From an uncultured Acidobacteriaceae bacterium (GTDB lineage: Bacteria > Acidobacteriota > Terriglobia > Terriglobales > Acidobacteriaceae), in contig CAWCRQ010000143.1 of assembly GCA_963797885.1 (NCBI GenBank), positions 2,349 through 66,348 of the forward strand: a stretch of 64,000 nt of DNA. Reading direction: 5' to 3'. The notes under the pieces were generated by a model. That model had not been told where the DNA came from. It saw nothing but the letters and a program-made list of their open reading frames with translations, and searched no databases. The position numbers and the translations under genes are program-made. Of the stretch, positions 20,373 through 31,684 are shown piece after piece; within the stretch, counting starts at the first letter, position 1, and each line of letters opens with the position of its first letter.

Positions 20373-20996
20373 ATGAAGCCAGTAATCACTGGAATGCTGT
20401 TACTTCTTTTCGGGGTCACTGTTCCTGCCTTCGCGCAGGAAGAGCACCACGAAGAGAGCGCTAAGCCAGCACAGCATGAGGAACAGGCTAAGCCTGCTGC
20501 AAAGCAGGAACAAGCCAAACCTCAGAAACAGGAACAGCAAGCTAAGCCACAGAAGCAAGAGCAAAAGGCGAAGAGCCAAGAACAGAACCAGCAGAAACAG
20601 GCACAGCCACAAGCCAAGGGCCAGCAACAGCAAGAAAAGAAACAACAGCAACAGCAGACCAAGACTCAGCAGAACCAGCAGCACCAACAACAGCAAGCCA
20701 GTGGCCATGCGCAACAATCACAAGTCCAGTACGCACGAAGTGGTCAGAAAGATAGGTACGGACACGAATACAACGAAAGTCATTTTGGTCCTAACCATCA
20801 TGCCCGCTTTGAGGCAAGTGGTGGGCGCGACTACGGACGCCGGGAGTACTCTTACGGCGGCTATTGGTTCTATGCAGGAGCATATCCGGAGTGGTTTTAC
20901 CAGCAGGACGTGTACTTCATTATGGGAGCGGATGGGCTATGGTATGCAGTTGCATACGGTAACCCTTCTCTAACCTTCCAAGTCAATATAGAGTAG
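20373..20996 (+). CDS. Secreted Gln/Lys-rich low-complexity protein with aromatic C-terminal domain
   Basis: GGAGGA lies 7 nt before ATG 20373. Signal peptide MKPVITGMLLLLFGVTVPAFAQ, ~110 aa of QEQ/AKPQKQ repeats, then a Tyr/Trp/Gly-rich ~90-aa tail. Confidence 0.6.
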   Translation: MKPVITGMLLLLFGVTVPAFAQEEHHEESAKPAQHEEQAKPAAKQEQAKPQKQEQQAKPQKQEQKAKSQEQNQQKQAQPQAKGQQQQEKKQQQQQTKTQQNQQHQQQQASGHAQQSQVQYARSGQKDRYGHEYNESHFGPNHHARFEASGGRDYGRREYSYGGYWFYAGAYPEWFYQQDVYFIMGADGLWYAVAYGNPSLTFQVNIE

Positions 20997-21092
20997 CGGG
21001 ATAAGTGCCCGTGTGACGGAGCCGACCGCCAGATCAAGATCGGCGTGATCGGAAGGAAGTCTGGGCAGACGATCTCCGCAGTTAGCGCCGTC

Positions 21093-21275
21093 CTACTTCC
21101 CCTCGCCATCTTGTTTCGCGATCCCCGCAGCGGCTTGGCGGATATCGTCGTGCTGGGTCTTTTGCTGGACTTGAGTCGCTTTCTTCATTAGTTGCCGGGA
21201 GCGGTCTTCAAGGGATTTGGCCCGTTCGCGTTCCTGTCGGGACTTCTCACGTGCAGTCAGTTTGCTCTTTGCCAT
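21093..21275 (-). CDS. Small basic hypothetical protein
   Basis: MAKSKLTAREKSRQERERAKSLEDRSRQLMKKATQVQQK.. is a short charged ORF. Weak evidence. Confidence 0.3.
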   Translation of the reverse strand: MAKSKLTAREKSRQERERAKSLEDRSRQLMKKATQVQQKTQHDDIRQAAAGIAKQDGEGK

Positions 21276-21566
21276 GAACCCAGCTTGCCACATGCGAGGA
21301 CACTTGGCTATCCCGTGGATTACAAACTGCGGTCAAGTGAGTACCTGATCAGAATTGACCATTTTTGAGAGCGGCTTCGAGACTAGAGTGGGCTTCAAGA
21401 AGCGTGTCATATGGAGACCTGTGAGGTACCAAAGCAGCAACAGGAGGAGCCAATGTCAAAGCATGATTCTGTCACCAAACGCCACCGACGCCCGATGTCG
21501 GGAAAGCGTGCAGACTACACCGCACGGACCATGGCGGCTGTGAAGCAACTCGAACAAGCAGCGAAG

Positions 21567-21896
21567 CTAAAAGATCAAATGCAACCAGAACTGGCCACCC
21601 AACTCGCCAGGCCGGGTGTTTGTGATGTGGCTGAGAGTGGCGTCGCGATGCATCTGGGCGAAAACGAGAATCATAGTCCCGCCGGTAATTAAGAAAACTG
21701 CCAGGAAGATGCCGCCGAGAACCGGGAGCGGGTCGAAGGGATAGCTGGACACAGCAAACGTGGCTGCCACAAAAAGGAACAGGCTGCCCAGAATAATTGT
21801 CCGCATACGTCCGAGAATGTTCTGGATGAACCCCAGATAAGGGAGCACAAAGAACTCTTCCGCCGCCAGAACGTAGGTTGGCACGCTGTCAGGCAC
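21567..21896 (-). CDS. Hypothetical membrane protein, possibly the tail of a disrupted larger gene
   Basis: Three predicted TM helices. Upstream ORF 21922-22311 on the same strand starts plausibly, then loses protein-like composition, suggesting a fragmented gene. Confidence 0.3.
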   Translation of the reverse strand: MPDSVPTYVLAAEEFFVLPYLGFIQNILGRMRTIILGSLFLFVAATFAVSSYPFDPLPVLGGIFLAVFLITGGTMILVFAQMHRDATLSHITNTRPGELGGQFWLHLIF

Positions 21897-22559
21897 AACA
21901 GGACTGCCAGTTTCAAAACTTTCAGGAGGAATTGGCAGCGACCGCCGGATCGGTCATGACAGACGTGCTGCTCCCGGCATGGCAGCGGGAAACCGACTCG
22001 CTGATCTTTGACCGAACACGTGGTGACGGGAAGCAAGACGGCAAGAAGGAGGGAGGAGATGCGGCTCGGGCGACCTCATCTGCGATGCAAAACAGCTTGC
22101 TCAAGCACTTCTGGGCACGCACCTTTCGGCATCGGGGCGACAACCTACATTTTTCGGGGAAGTCGGCGGGTGAGAGCCCCGTTCGCTCGGAGCCCAGAAC
22201 TACGTTCCCAAGTACGTGACGCGCGAAGTTTAGTGCGATCCGAACCACGTCCAGCGGATCATTTGTCCGCGACATGGTTTGCCTGGTCCGCTCCACCAAA
22301 TCGGTGAACACGCCTCTCGCAGTCTCTTCGACAAGATTGACACAATCCGGAAATCTCGATGCAGCGAATACGCCGAAAGGGCAAGGGCGATTTTTCTAAG
22401 ATAAAATCAACGCAACATGAACACCGATGAGCCTGCGACCCCAATCTCCCGCTAGACTAGAACCCGACCTAGAGCCGTTGTTCCAGCAACTTCTACAGCT
22501 ACGCAGCTGGCAGGAGAGAGCGAGCACCCGTCCGTCCCCAGAAAGGAGGACCCGGTAGA

Positions 22560-23223
22560 TTGACACGGCTCGCACTCATTCGCCACGGCGAAACCATCTG
22601 GAACGCGGAGAACCGGTACGCCGGCAGCACCGACATTCCGCTCAGCCCGCGTGGTTTAGAGCAGGCGGAGCGGCTCGCCAACTGGGCGTCCTCGGCTCAT
22701 CTCACCGCCATCTGGGTGTCGCCCCTGCTGCGAGCGCGGGAGACGGTAGCGCCATCGGAACATGCGACCGGCATCAGGGCTCGCGTTGAACTCCCGGCTC
22801 AGGGAGATTCAATTCGGTCAAGGGGAAGGGCTGACCGAGACTGAAATCAGGCAATCTTTTCCGCAAGCGTTCGCGGCCTTTCAGTCTGATCCCGTCGCCC
22901 ATCCCCTGCCCGGCGGTGAGGATCCGTGGGATGTCGCCGAGCGAGCCGCCGAGTGTTTCCAAGCGATGGAGACGCAGCATCCGTGTGGTCGCGTTCTCGT
23001 CGTGACGCACAACACGCTGATCCGAATTGCGCTTTGCAAATTGCTCGGCGTGCCGCTCTCAAAGTACCGCACAGTGTTTCCTACGATCGCCAACGGTGCG
23101 TTGAGCGAGATCCGCCTGCAGGATGGCCATGTTTCTCTCTTGAGGTTCAACTTACCGCTGGAATTTAATCTGGCCGGGCGCATGGGGGCTGACGAACCGG
23201 ACGCTCCCGGCGCTTCGTTCTAA
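22560..23223 (+). pseudogene. Histidine phosphatase (phosphoglycerate-mutase-like) family gene with one frameshift
   Basis: MTRLALIRHGETIWN..SPLLRARET (RHG catalytic motif) continues in another frame from about 22775 as ..LNSRLREIQFGQGEGLTETEI..VLVVTHNTLIRI. GAAAGGAGG precedes the TTG start. Confidence 0.75.
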
Positions 23224-23383
23224 CCCCGGTTCGAACTGGTAGCGGCAAAGATGGGGTAGAATACGCGCCTGGCACGCGGATTCCGGATTTCGGCGCGGGT
23301 TGCGGGCGTACTCCTCGAATTCGGAAACTCTCAACGTGAACGATCCTCAACGCGAACGAAGTGAACGATCTTTAACGTGAACT

Positions 23384-24730
23384 ATGACGCGAATCATTCT
23401 CATCGGAGCCGGCCGTGGTGGAAGAGCCTTGGTAGAACTATTTCACAAGGATCCGAGCGTCGAGATTGTCGGAGTCGCTGACAAGGATGAAGGCGCGCCC
23501 GGCATCGTGCTCGCCCGGGAACTTGGCTTACCCGTGGCCACGAACTACAGAAAATTCCTGAAGGCCGATGCCGCCGACCTCATCATCGATGTTACGGGCG
23601 ATCCCGACGTTGGCCGGGACGTTTATCGTCTGCGGCCCCACGGGACCGAAGTCGTTGGCGGCAAGACGGCGCGCTTCCTCTCGGAGTTCGCGGGAAACAA
23701 GAATCAAACAGAGTCGCTCCAGGATCAATACCAGCTCGCGCTGCGCGAACTCGAAGCGCGAGCCGAAGGCGAGTTCATCATCGGCAACAACTTGAAGATG
23801 AAAGAGATCTCGGAGCTGATTTCCAAGGTTGCGCCTACTCCTACCACCGTCTTGATTCGTGGCGAGAGCGGCACCGGCAAAGAGTTGGTGGCGCGAGCCA
23901 TCCATCGCAGCAGCGTGCGCAGCAATCACCCGCTGGTGACGCTGAATTGCACGGCATTGTCTCCCGCTCTGCTGGAAAGCGAACTCTTTGGCTACCGGCG
24001 CGGCGCCTTTACTGGCGCTTACAACGACAGCAAAGGGTTGTTCGAAAAGGCCGACGGCGGTACGATGTTTCTCGATGAAATTGGTGACATGTCGCTGGAG
24101 ATCCAGGCCAAATTTCTGCGCACGCTGCAAACCGGGGAGATTCGCGCCGTCGGGGACATGCGAACTCGAAAAGTTTCGGTGAGAATTGTCGCCGCCACCA
24201 ACCGTAATCTGGAGATTGCCATTCGCGAAGGCACGTTTCGCGAAGACCTGTTCTACCGGATCAACACCTTCTCCATCACCCTGCCGCCACTGCGCGAGCG
24301 GATTGAGGATATCCCGCTTCTCGCGGAATATTTTTTGCTGCGGGCCCGAGCCAAGGTGAACAAGAAAGTAGACAGCATTGCTCCACAAGCGCTCGCTCTG
24401 CTGAAGAACTATTCCTGGCCGGGCAATCTGCGCGAACTGGAAAACATCATTGAACGGGCCGTCGTCCTGGCGTCCTCCTCCGTGGTCGATGCCGAGCACC
24501 TTCCTCTTCACGTTCAAGACGTGGTGTCGCTCAAGCCCCAAATCGGATTCATGCCGAGCAAGGCGCACGCGATCGAGCAGTTTGAGCGGGAAGCGTTGTC
24601 CAGCTATTTGAGTAAAGCCGAGGGCAACGTCTCCAAAGCCGCAGCCTTGGCGAAAATTCCGCGCCGCACCTTTCATCGCCTGCTGGCAAAGCACAGGATT
24701 TCGACCCGCTCCTCGCGTGCCCCCAACTGA
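23384..24730 (+). CDS. Sigma-54-dependent Fis-family transcriptional activator with an atypical Rossmann-like N-terminal domain
   Basis: AAA+ core with Walker A GESGTGKE, the GAFTGA sigma-54 contact motif, Walker B MFLDEIG and a C-terminal Fis-type HTH. The N-terminus IILIGAGRGGRALVE..VEIVGVADKD.. looks like a dinucleotide-binding fold, not REC, GAF or PAS. Confidence 0.9.
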   Translation: MTRIILIGAGRGGRALVELFHKDPSVEIVGVADKDEGAPGIVLARELGLPVATNYRKFLKADAADLIIDVTGDPDVGRDVYRLRPHGTEVVGGKTARFLSEFAGNKNQTESLQDQYQLALRELEARAEGEFIIGNNLKMKEISELISKVAPTPTTVLIRGESGTGKELVARAIHRSSVRSNHPLVTLNCTALSPALLESELFGYRRGAFTGAYNDSKGLFEKADGGTMFLDEIGDMSLEIQAKFLRTLQTGEIRAVGDMRTRKVSVRIVAATNRNLEIAIREGTFREDLFYRINTFSITLPPLRERIEDIPLLAEYFLLRARAKVNKKVDSIAPQALALLKNYSWPGNLRELENIIERAVVLASSSVVDAEHLPLHVQDVVSLKPQIGFMPSKAHAIEQFEREALSSYLSKAEGNVSKAAALAKIPRRTFHRLLAKHRISTRSSRAPN

Positions 24731-24973
24731 GATATATGAGTCTCACTAGGGAGACATAATTGTCCACACGAAGACGGGTGGCATTAACTATTGATTTTTC
24801 ATGTGATTACATTCCTTAATCCTCGTTTGTCTGTGGGACATCTATGTCACTCATGGTGCACGTTGCGGGGACCTGTGCTTCCCGCCTTCTGTTCCCGCCC
24901 CTCGGACCCAACCGCAAGAAACAACAACTACTTATACAATCGCCATCTGTCATTACAGACGCTGAAGCCCGGT

Positions 24974-24989
24974 TGGAACGCAAATTGCT
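24974..24989 (+). promoter_or_regulatory. Candidate sigma-54 (-24/-12) promoter
   Basis: TGGAAC-GCAAA-TTGCT compared with consensus TGGCAC-N5-TTGCW; the GG and GC dinucleotides have exact spacing. It lies 245 nt downstream of the EBP gene and ~200 nt upstream of the CBS gene. Confidence 0.55.
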
Positions 24990-25186
24990 TTAATACACGC
25001 GCAGGCGGTGACGGCCGGCGAACCAGCCGCACTGACTCGAAGCCGAAGCCGCGAGAGCTAGGAAGCGCAGATGCAGCTGGGCTAAACAGCCCGGCTGTCT
25101 CTCAAGAGTTCAACCCGAATGCGGCAGCAAGTCAGTTTAGAAGTTGTAGCCTTTCGATAAAAAGCGGTGAAACCGGGAAGAAACGA

Positions 25187-25600
25187 ATGAAAGTCAGCGA
25201 GATCATGACTACGCGTGTGGTAGCAGCCAAAACGAATGCATCCTGCACCAGCCTCGTGCAAAAAATGCTCTCAGGTTTCCTTAGCGGGTTACCAGTGATC
25301 GATGACCATGGACACGTTATCGGAGTTGTTACTGAGTTCGACATCCTGAAAGTACTGCGAAATGGCGAGAATGGGTTGACCGCAGTGGCTAAGGACATCA
25401 TGACGAAAGAACCGATCTGTCTGGAGGCGAACCACACGGTCGATGAGGCGATCGAGTTGATGACCCGGCACCACATTATTCGAATCCCTGTCGTTTCCGC
25501 GGGCAAGTTAGTCGGCGTCGTGTCGCGAACGGACGTTCTTCGCGCCTATGTTAAGGAAGAATTTCAAGTATTCGAGACGACGCCGGAGTTCGAGGGATAG
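25187..25600 (+). CDS. CBS-pair domain protein
   Basis: MKVSEIMTTRVVAAK..GLPVIDDHGHVIGVVTEFDILK..DIMTKEPICLEANHTVDEAIELMTRHHIIRIPVV..LVGVVSRTDVLRA forms two CBS motifs. The longer track ORF (from 24791) has an implausible N-terminus. Confidence 0.8.
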   Translation: MKVSEIMTTRVVAAKTNASCTSLVQKMLSGFLSGLPVIDDHGHVIGVVTEFDILKVLRNGENGLTAVAKDIMTKEPICLEANHTVDEAIELMTRHHIIRIPVVSAGKLVGVVSRTDVLRAYVKEEFQVFETTPEFEG

Positions 25601-25724
25601 GCCGGCTGGCGGTACGCGATTTTATGAACTAATAGCGGCCGCTTCTTGATTCGAGTCCTGGACTCCAAGATCTGTGGGGGACCCGGAGGAGAGTCGAACC
25701 AAGCCCGGTAACGAGCGAGGGGCT

Positions 25725-26792
25725 ATGGACATTCGAGACCTCACCATTATCGGTGGAGGGCCAACCGGTCTGGCAGCGGCGTTCCGCGCGGGGATGCACG
25801 AAATCTCAGCGCGGATCATTGATACCGCTTCTCATCTTGGGGGACAAGTAACGGCGCTTTATCCGGAAAAGAATATATACGACGTGTTTGGGTTACCGGA
25901 AATTTTGGGCAAAGATCTGGTCCATAACTTGACTAAGCAGGCGCTGCAATTCGGCGCGGAAGTTCGTCTGGGCGAAGTGGTCAAGACGCTAACTCTGCAG
26001 AACGAGCAGAAGATTATGGAAGTGGTTACCGACCAGCAGGTTTATCAGACGCGAGCGGTGGTGCTGGCTGGTGGGCTCGGCTTAATCACCCCGCGCAAAC
26101 ACGAAGCGGAGGGTTGCGGTCGGCTGGAGGGACATGGAGTTTACTACTGCGTCCGCGACCCCGAACTCTTCCGTGGAAAGAAGGTTGTCATTGTGGGCGG
26201 TGGCGATTCGGCGCTGGATTGGGTCCTCAACTTAATGCCGATCGCTGCGCGAATCACCGTAGTCCATCGATCCGAGGAGTTCGCGGGACACGCCTCCACG
26301 CTGCGCCAGGTCCAGCAACTGGCGGATCACGGTCGTATTGGCCTGCATACCTCAACTCTGTTGACCGCGGCCCATGGCAATGGATATCTGGAAGCAGTAA
26401 CCCTGCGGGACTCGCGCGGGAAGGAGCGCACTGTGGAAGCCCAGGCGTTGCTTCCGATGATCGGATTCCATATCAATCTTGGCCCGATGGAGAAATGGGG
26501 TTTTGAGTTTGACGAGAAAAAGATCGTCGTGAACTCGCGAATGGAGACTAACTTGCCGGGTGTTTTTGCCGCCGGCGACATGGTTACGTATCCGGGAAAG
26601 ATAAAACTCATCGCCACCGGATTTGCGGAAGCCGCCATCGCAGTAAGAAGCGCCGTGGAATATGTCCGGCCCGGCCAGAAAGTACGGGTGCAATACAGCA
26701 GTATCGCGGGGGTTCCGAAAACTCGACCGGAGGCGTATTCGTCGTCCATGCAGCCGCATGTCGAGACCGCTTTCAGTCCGAAGTTAGCGTGA
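25725..26792 (+). CDS. Thioredoxin-reductase-like ferredoxin-NADP(+) reductase (YumC/TRLF type)
   Basis: LTIIGGGPTGLAAAF and VVIVGGGDSALDW dinucleotide motifs. GVYYCVRDPELFRGKKV replaces the TrxR CxxC redox site. Length ~355 aa. Confidence 0.8.
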   Translation: MDIRDLTIIGGGPTGLAAAFRAGMHEISARIIDTASHLGGQVTALYPEKNIYDVFGLPEILGKDLVHNLTKQALQFGAEVRLGEVVKTLTLQNEQKIMEVVTDQQVYQTRAVVLAGGLGLITPRKHEAEGCGRLEGHGVYYCVRDPELFRGKKVVIVGGGDSALDWVLNLMPIAARITVVHRSEEFAGHASTLRQVQQLADHGRIGLHTSTLLTAAHGNGYLEAVTLRDSRGKERTVEAQALLPMIGFHINLGPMEKWGFEFDEKKIVVNSRMETNLPGVFAAGDMVTYPGKIKLIATGFAEAAIAVRSAVEYVRPGQKVRVQYSSIAGVPKTRPEAYSSSMQPHVETAFSPKLA

Positions 26793-26844
26793 CGAGATAA
26801 CTGCCCGCGCGGCGCATGCGGAGCAGTCAAGCACGCGCCTGTGA

Positions 26845-28329
<1,485 letters not shown>

Positions 28330-28385
28330 GCTGCACTTAGTAACCAGCTTGTACCAAACTGCGTTTGTGAATGGAGAGACGAATC

Positions 28386-28787
28386 ATGCGAATTACACAA
28401 GGAACTTTTTCTTATTTGCCCGACTTCACGGAAGACCAGGTCAAAGCGCAGGTGCGCTACTGCTTCGAGAATGGCTGGGCTTTCTCCATCGAGCACACGG
28501 ACGATCCTCATCCCCGGAACTCGTATTGGGACATGTGGGGGCTTCCGATGTTTGAATTGCAAGAGCTGAACGAAGCGATGGAGCGCATCGATGAATGCCG
28601 GAAGGCCTTCCCCAACCACTACATCAAGCTGAACGGCTATGACCGCACCAAAGGGCGGCAAACGACGATGTTGAGTTTCATTGTGCAGCGGCCCGAGAAA
28701 GAGCCTGGGTTTTATTTGGAGCGCGCTGAGGCGCAGGATCGCCGTATCCAGTACACCATTCGCTCCAGGAGCCAGTCGGCAAACTAG
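28386..28787 (+). CDS. cbbS: RuBisCO small subunit, red-type (C-terminal beta-hairpin extension)
   Basis: MRITQGTFSYLPDFTEDQV..HPRNSYWDMWGLPMF..SFIVQRPEKEPGFYLERAEAQDRRIQYTI matches red-type CbbS. Confidence 0.92.
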   Translation: MRITQGTFSYLPDFTEDQVKAQVRYCFENGWAFSIEHTDDPHPRNSYWDMWGLPMFELQELNEAMERIDECRKAFPNHYIKLNGYDRTKGRQTTMLSFIVQRPEKEPGFYLERAEAQDRRIQYTIRSRSQSAN

Positions 28788-28847
28788 GGCTGTTGATGAG
28801 TCATCCGGGCGGAGACGCCGGCTGTCCACTAAAACGCGAGAAATGCC

Positions 28848-29843
28848 ATGCACAAACTGGATACAGATTCCGTCGTGGATCGAGCGCCTAGCGGTGAGCC
28901 CGAGGAGAGCCTCGTGGATATCGGCGCGGCACATCGGGATTCCAATCTCGACGAAATTCTGGACGAGCTCGATCGTGAACTGGTTGGTCTCCAGCCGGTG
29001 AAGGCCTACATCCGGCGTGTAGCATCGCTACTGCTGGTAACTCGGTTGCGCGAGAAGGTTGGTCTCTCCAACGAACGCCCGACATTGCACATGTCTTTTA
29101 CCGGACATCCGGGCACCGGCAAGACCACCGTCGCGTTGCGCATGGCGAAGATACTGCACCACCTCGGCTACCTGCGGCGCGGCCATCTGGTGGTTGCGAC
29201 CCGCGACGATCTGGTCGGTCAATACGTCGGCCACACGGCTCCCAAGACGAAGGAGATTCTGAAGAAGGCCATGGGAGGCGTGCTGTTTATCGACGAAGCG
29301 TATTACCTCTACCGGCCGGAAAACGAACGCGACTACGGTCAGGAAGCGATTGAGATGTTGCTGCAGGCTATGGAAAATCAGCGCGAAGATTTGGTCGTGA
29401 TCCTGGCCGGTTATCAAGATCGCATGGCGACCTTCTTTCAGTACAATCCCGGGTTTCGCTCCCGGGTGGCGCACCACATCAGCTTTCCCGATTACACGTT
29501 GCAGGAGCTGACGACGATTGCCGAATTGATGCTGCGCGAGCAGACCTACAGTTTTGATAACGAGGCGCGACAGGCGTTTGTTGAATACCTTGAATTGCGG
29601 ACCAAGCAGCCCCAATTTGCCAATGCTCGCAGTGTGCGCAATGCCGTCGATCGAATGAAGCTGCGTCAAGCCAGCCGGCTCGTCAGTGAGGGCGGGCGCA
29701 TTGGCAAAGAGCAACTCGTACGCATCGCCGCCGTCGACGTGCGTCAGAGCCGGGTTTTTCAAGGCGGGCTGGACGGAGAAACCGAAGCGGGCGCTGCAAG
29801 CGGCCCGCAACCCGTGCAGGGCAAGGCTAAGGAGGAGCGATGA
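28848..29843 (+). CDS. cbbX: CbbX, AAA+ red-type RuBisCO activase
   Basis: ..[94 protein letters not shown] is the characteristic CbbX sequence. Confidence 0.92.
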   Translation: MHKLDTDSVVDRAPSGEPEESLVDIGAAHRDSNLDEILDELDRELVGLQPVKAYIRRVASLLLVTRLREKVGLSNERPTLHMSFTGHPGTGKTTVALRMAKILHHLGYLRRGHLVVATRDDLVGQYVGHTAPKTKEILKKAMGGVLFIDEAYYLYRPENERDYGQEAIEMLLQAMENQREDLVVILAGYQDRMATFFQYNPGFRSRVAHHISFPDYTLQELTTIAELMLREQTYSFDNEARQAFVEYLELRTKQPQFANARSVRNAVDRMKLRQASRLVSEGGRIGKEQLVRIAAVDVRQSRVFQGGLDGETEAGAASGPQPVQGKAKEER

Positions 29844-30853
29844 GAAGAAGACCAATCTTGCTGGGCATCGTGGGGGACAGCGCCGCCGGCAAAACAACGA
29901 TCACCCGGGGATTGACCCGGCTGCTGGGCGCGGAACGTGTGACCCACGTGTGTGCCGATGACTATCACAAGTACGACCGCACCGAGCGCGCGCGTCTGAA
30001 CATCACTCCGCTGCATCCCGACTGCAACTTTCTCGACATTCTGGAGTTGCACCTGGAGCGTGCGCACTACGGGCAACCCATGCTCAAGCCGGTCTATGAC
30101 CACAGCACCGGCTCACTGGTGCGGCCCGAGTATGTGGAACCGCGCGAGTTCGTCATTGTGGAAGGGTTGCTGGGATTTCACACGGAAGCGATGCGGCAAT
30201 TCTACGACGTCAAGGTTTTTCTCGATCCTCCCGAGGACATGAGGCGCCTTTGGAAAATCAAGCGCGACACCACCAAACGCGGTTATGCGCCCGAGCAAGT
30301 GTTGAAGGAAATGGATAAGCGCGAACCGGATTCGCGGGACTTCATCCGCCCACAGCGCGAATTCGCCGACATAGTCGTGCGCTTCTATCCGGAAAGCGGC
30401 GTGGGATCGGATCAGGCGGATGCGCATTTGAACGTGCATCTCGTGTTGCGCCCAACCATTCCTCATCCCGACCTGACTTATCTAGTGAACGATAAGAACG
30501 GCCAAACTGCGGGGATTCGCCTCGAACTCGGGCGCGACTGTGGACGGCCGGTGGAGTTTCTTGAGGTGGACGGCAGCGTGAGCCCCGAACACACCACCGA
30601 ATTGGAACAAGCGATCTGGAAGCATCTTCCCGATCTGCGGCCGTTGCGCGCCGATCAGTTCGGCGATTACAACGACGGCAGCGAAGTCCGGCATAGCGAT
30701 CCGCTGGCCCTAACGCAATTGCTCATCACTTATCACTTGCTGCGCGCTTATAGCAAGGACAGCCCCGTGCCCTTCGCGCGGCCGGTCGCGGCCCTGAGCC
30801 GATTGAAGTCGGTGCCGGAGGAATCGCCAGTGGAGGCTGTTACCAAACAGTAG
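29840..30853 (+). CDS. prk: Phosphoribulokinase (cyanobacterial/plant-like class II type)
   Basis: [21 protein letters not shown]-loop, [42 protein letters not shown]. The start overlaps the cbbX stop (ATGA) and AAGGAGGAG lies upstream. Confidence 0.88.
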   Translation: MRRRPILLGIVGDSAAGKTTITRGLTRLLGAERVTHVCADDYHKYDRTERARLNITPLHPDCNFLDILELHLERAHYGQPMLKPVYDHSTGSLVRPEYVEPREFVIVEGLLGFHTEAMRQFYDVKVFLDPPEDMRRLWKIKRDTTKRGYAPEQVLKEMDKREPDSRDFIRPQREFADIVVRFYPESGVGSDQADAHLNVHLVLRPTIPHPDLTYLVNDKNGQTAGIRLELGRDCGRPVEFLEVDGSVSPEHTTELEQAIWKHLPDLRPLRADQFGDYNDGSEVRHSDPLALTQLLITYHLLRAYSKDSPVPFARPVAALSRLKSVPEESPVEAVTKQ

Positions 30854-31015
30854 TGGGGTGACGCGTGCCAGCACAGGTGCGCAGGATTCAGCCGTCGAAT
30901 TCAATTGGGGAGCCGTTCCTACTCTTCATGTTTACGTCCGGGCCGCGTATTTGTCTCCGAATGGGTTTACGATATCGATTGTCAAAAATCGACTCAAGGT
31001 CAAACTGTGTAAACC

Positions 31016-31684
31016 TTGGCGAATTTTCTTGACAAGGGCTTCTTAAGAATTGTAAACACAACGCTCGTTTCATTTTTTGAAATAGCGTCCCGTTCGTCAT
31101 ACCTATCCGATCTGGCCGTGGTCAAGACGCGCCAAGCTCCTATCTACGAGGAAGCGAATGAATTGTCCAAAATTCTCTTACGTGCGGATCCAGAGGATGA
31201 ATTTGAAGTAACCGAAGCGCGATTCGGGTGGGTTCATGTGCGGCTGCAAGATTCAGGCCGGGGCTGGATAAAGATCTCGGAACTCCTGCTACCGAATGAG
31301 CGGGATAATAGTGACGACTCCGCGGACTTTACCGAGCCCAGTGAGGAAGTCGCCCCGTTTACTGGGAGCTGGCTGCCGCTCAAAGACAAGCCGACCCTTT
31401 TCGTGGTTGCGCAGCCTAAGCACGCGATTCCCAAAGAATCGCTTGGGCAGAGTCAAATCGAATTTGCCAAGCAAGGTTTCCTCGACGGGTACAGAACCGC
31501 TGCTCATTCCCAAGAGAAAATTGTTGGCGTGGCGGCACTGTTCCTGGGCGACAAAGCGGGCGTCGCTGCCGCAACCCTCACAGACATCGACCGATGGCAG
31601 AAGGGCACTCTTTCCGACAAATTGTTTCTCGCACGCTGCTCCCTTTCCCCGCCCGATGCTTTCCGTGACGCTGCCAAGCATTGA
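31016..31684 (+). CDS. Hypothetical protein with bacterial SH3-like segment, probably 5'-truncated
   Basis: ..VVKTRQAPIYEEANELSKILLRADPEDEFEVTEARFGWVHVRLQDSGRGWIKISELL is SH3b-like. Only a TTG start is available, with no signal peptide or RBS. Confidence 0.4.
   Translation: MANFLDKGFLRIVNTTLVSFFEIASRSSYLSDLAVVKTRQAPIYEEANELSKILLRADPEDEFEVTEARFGWVHVRLQDSGRGWIKISELLLPNERDNSDDSADFTEPSEEVAPFTGSWLPLKDKPTLFVVAQPKHAIPKESLGQSQIEFAKQGFLDGYRTAAHSQEKIVGVAALFLGDKAGVAAATLTDIDRWQKGTLSDKLFLARCSLSPPDAFRDAAKH

Noticed and set aside
20440-20720. Repetitive DNA that might have been a CRISPR or tandem-repeat array
   Set aside because: There is no repeat-spacer periodicity. It is in-frame low-complexity coding sequence (Gln/Lys codons) of the secreted protein 20373-20996.
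23528-24694. 388-aa minus-strand ORF
   Set aside because: It lies entirely antisense to the well-supported sigma-54 activator gene, so it is a shadow ORF.
24781-24797. Second sigma-54-like motif TGGCATTAACTATTGA just downstream of the EBP gene
   Set aside because: The -12 element lacks the invariant GC (TTGA instead of TTGC). The motif at 24974 is much better.
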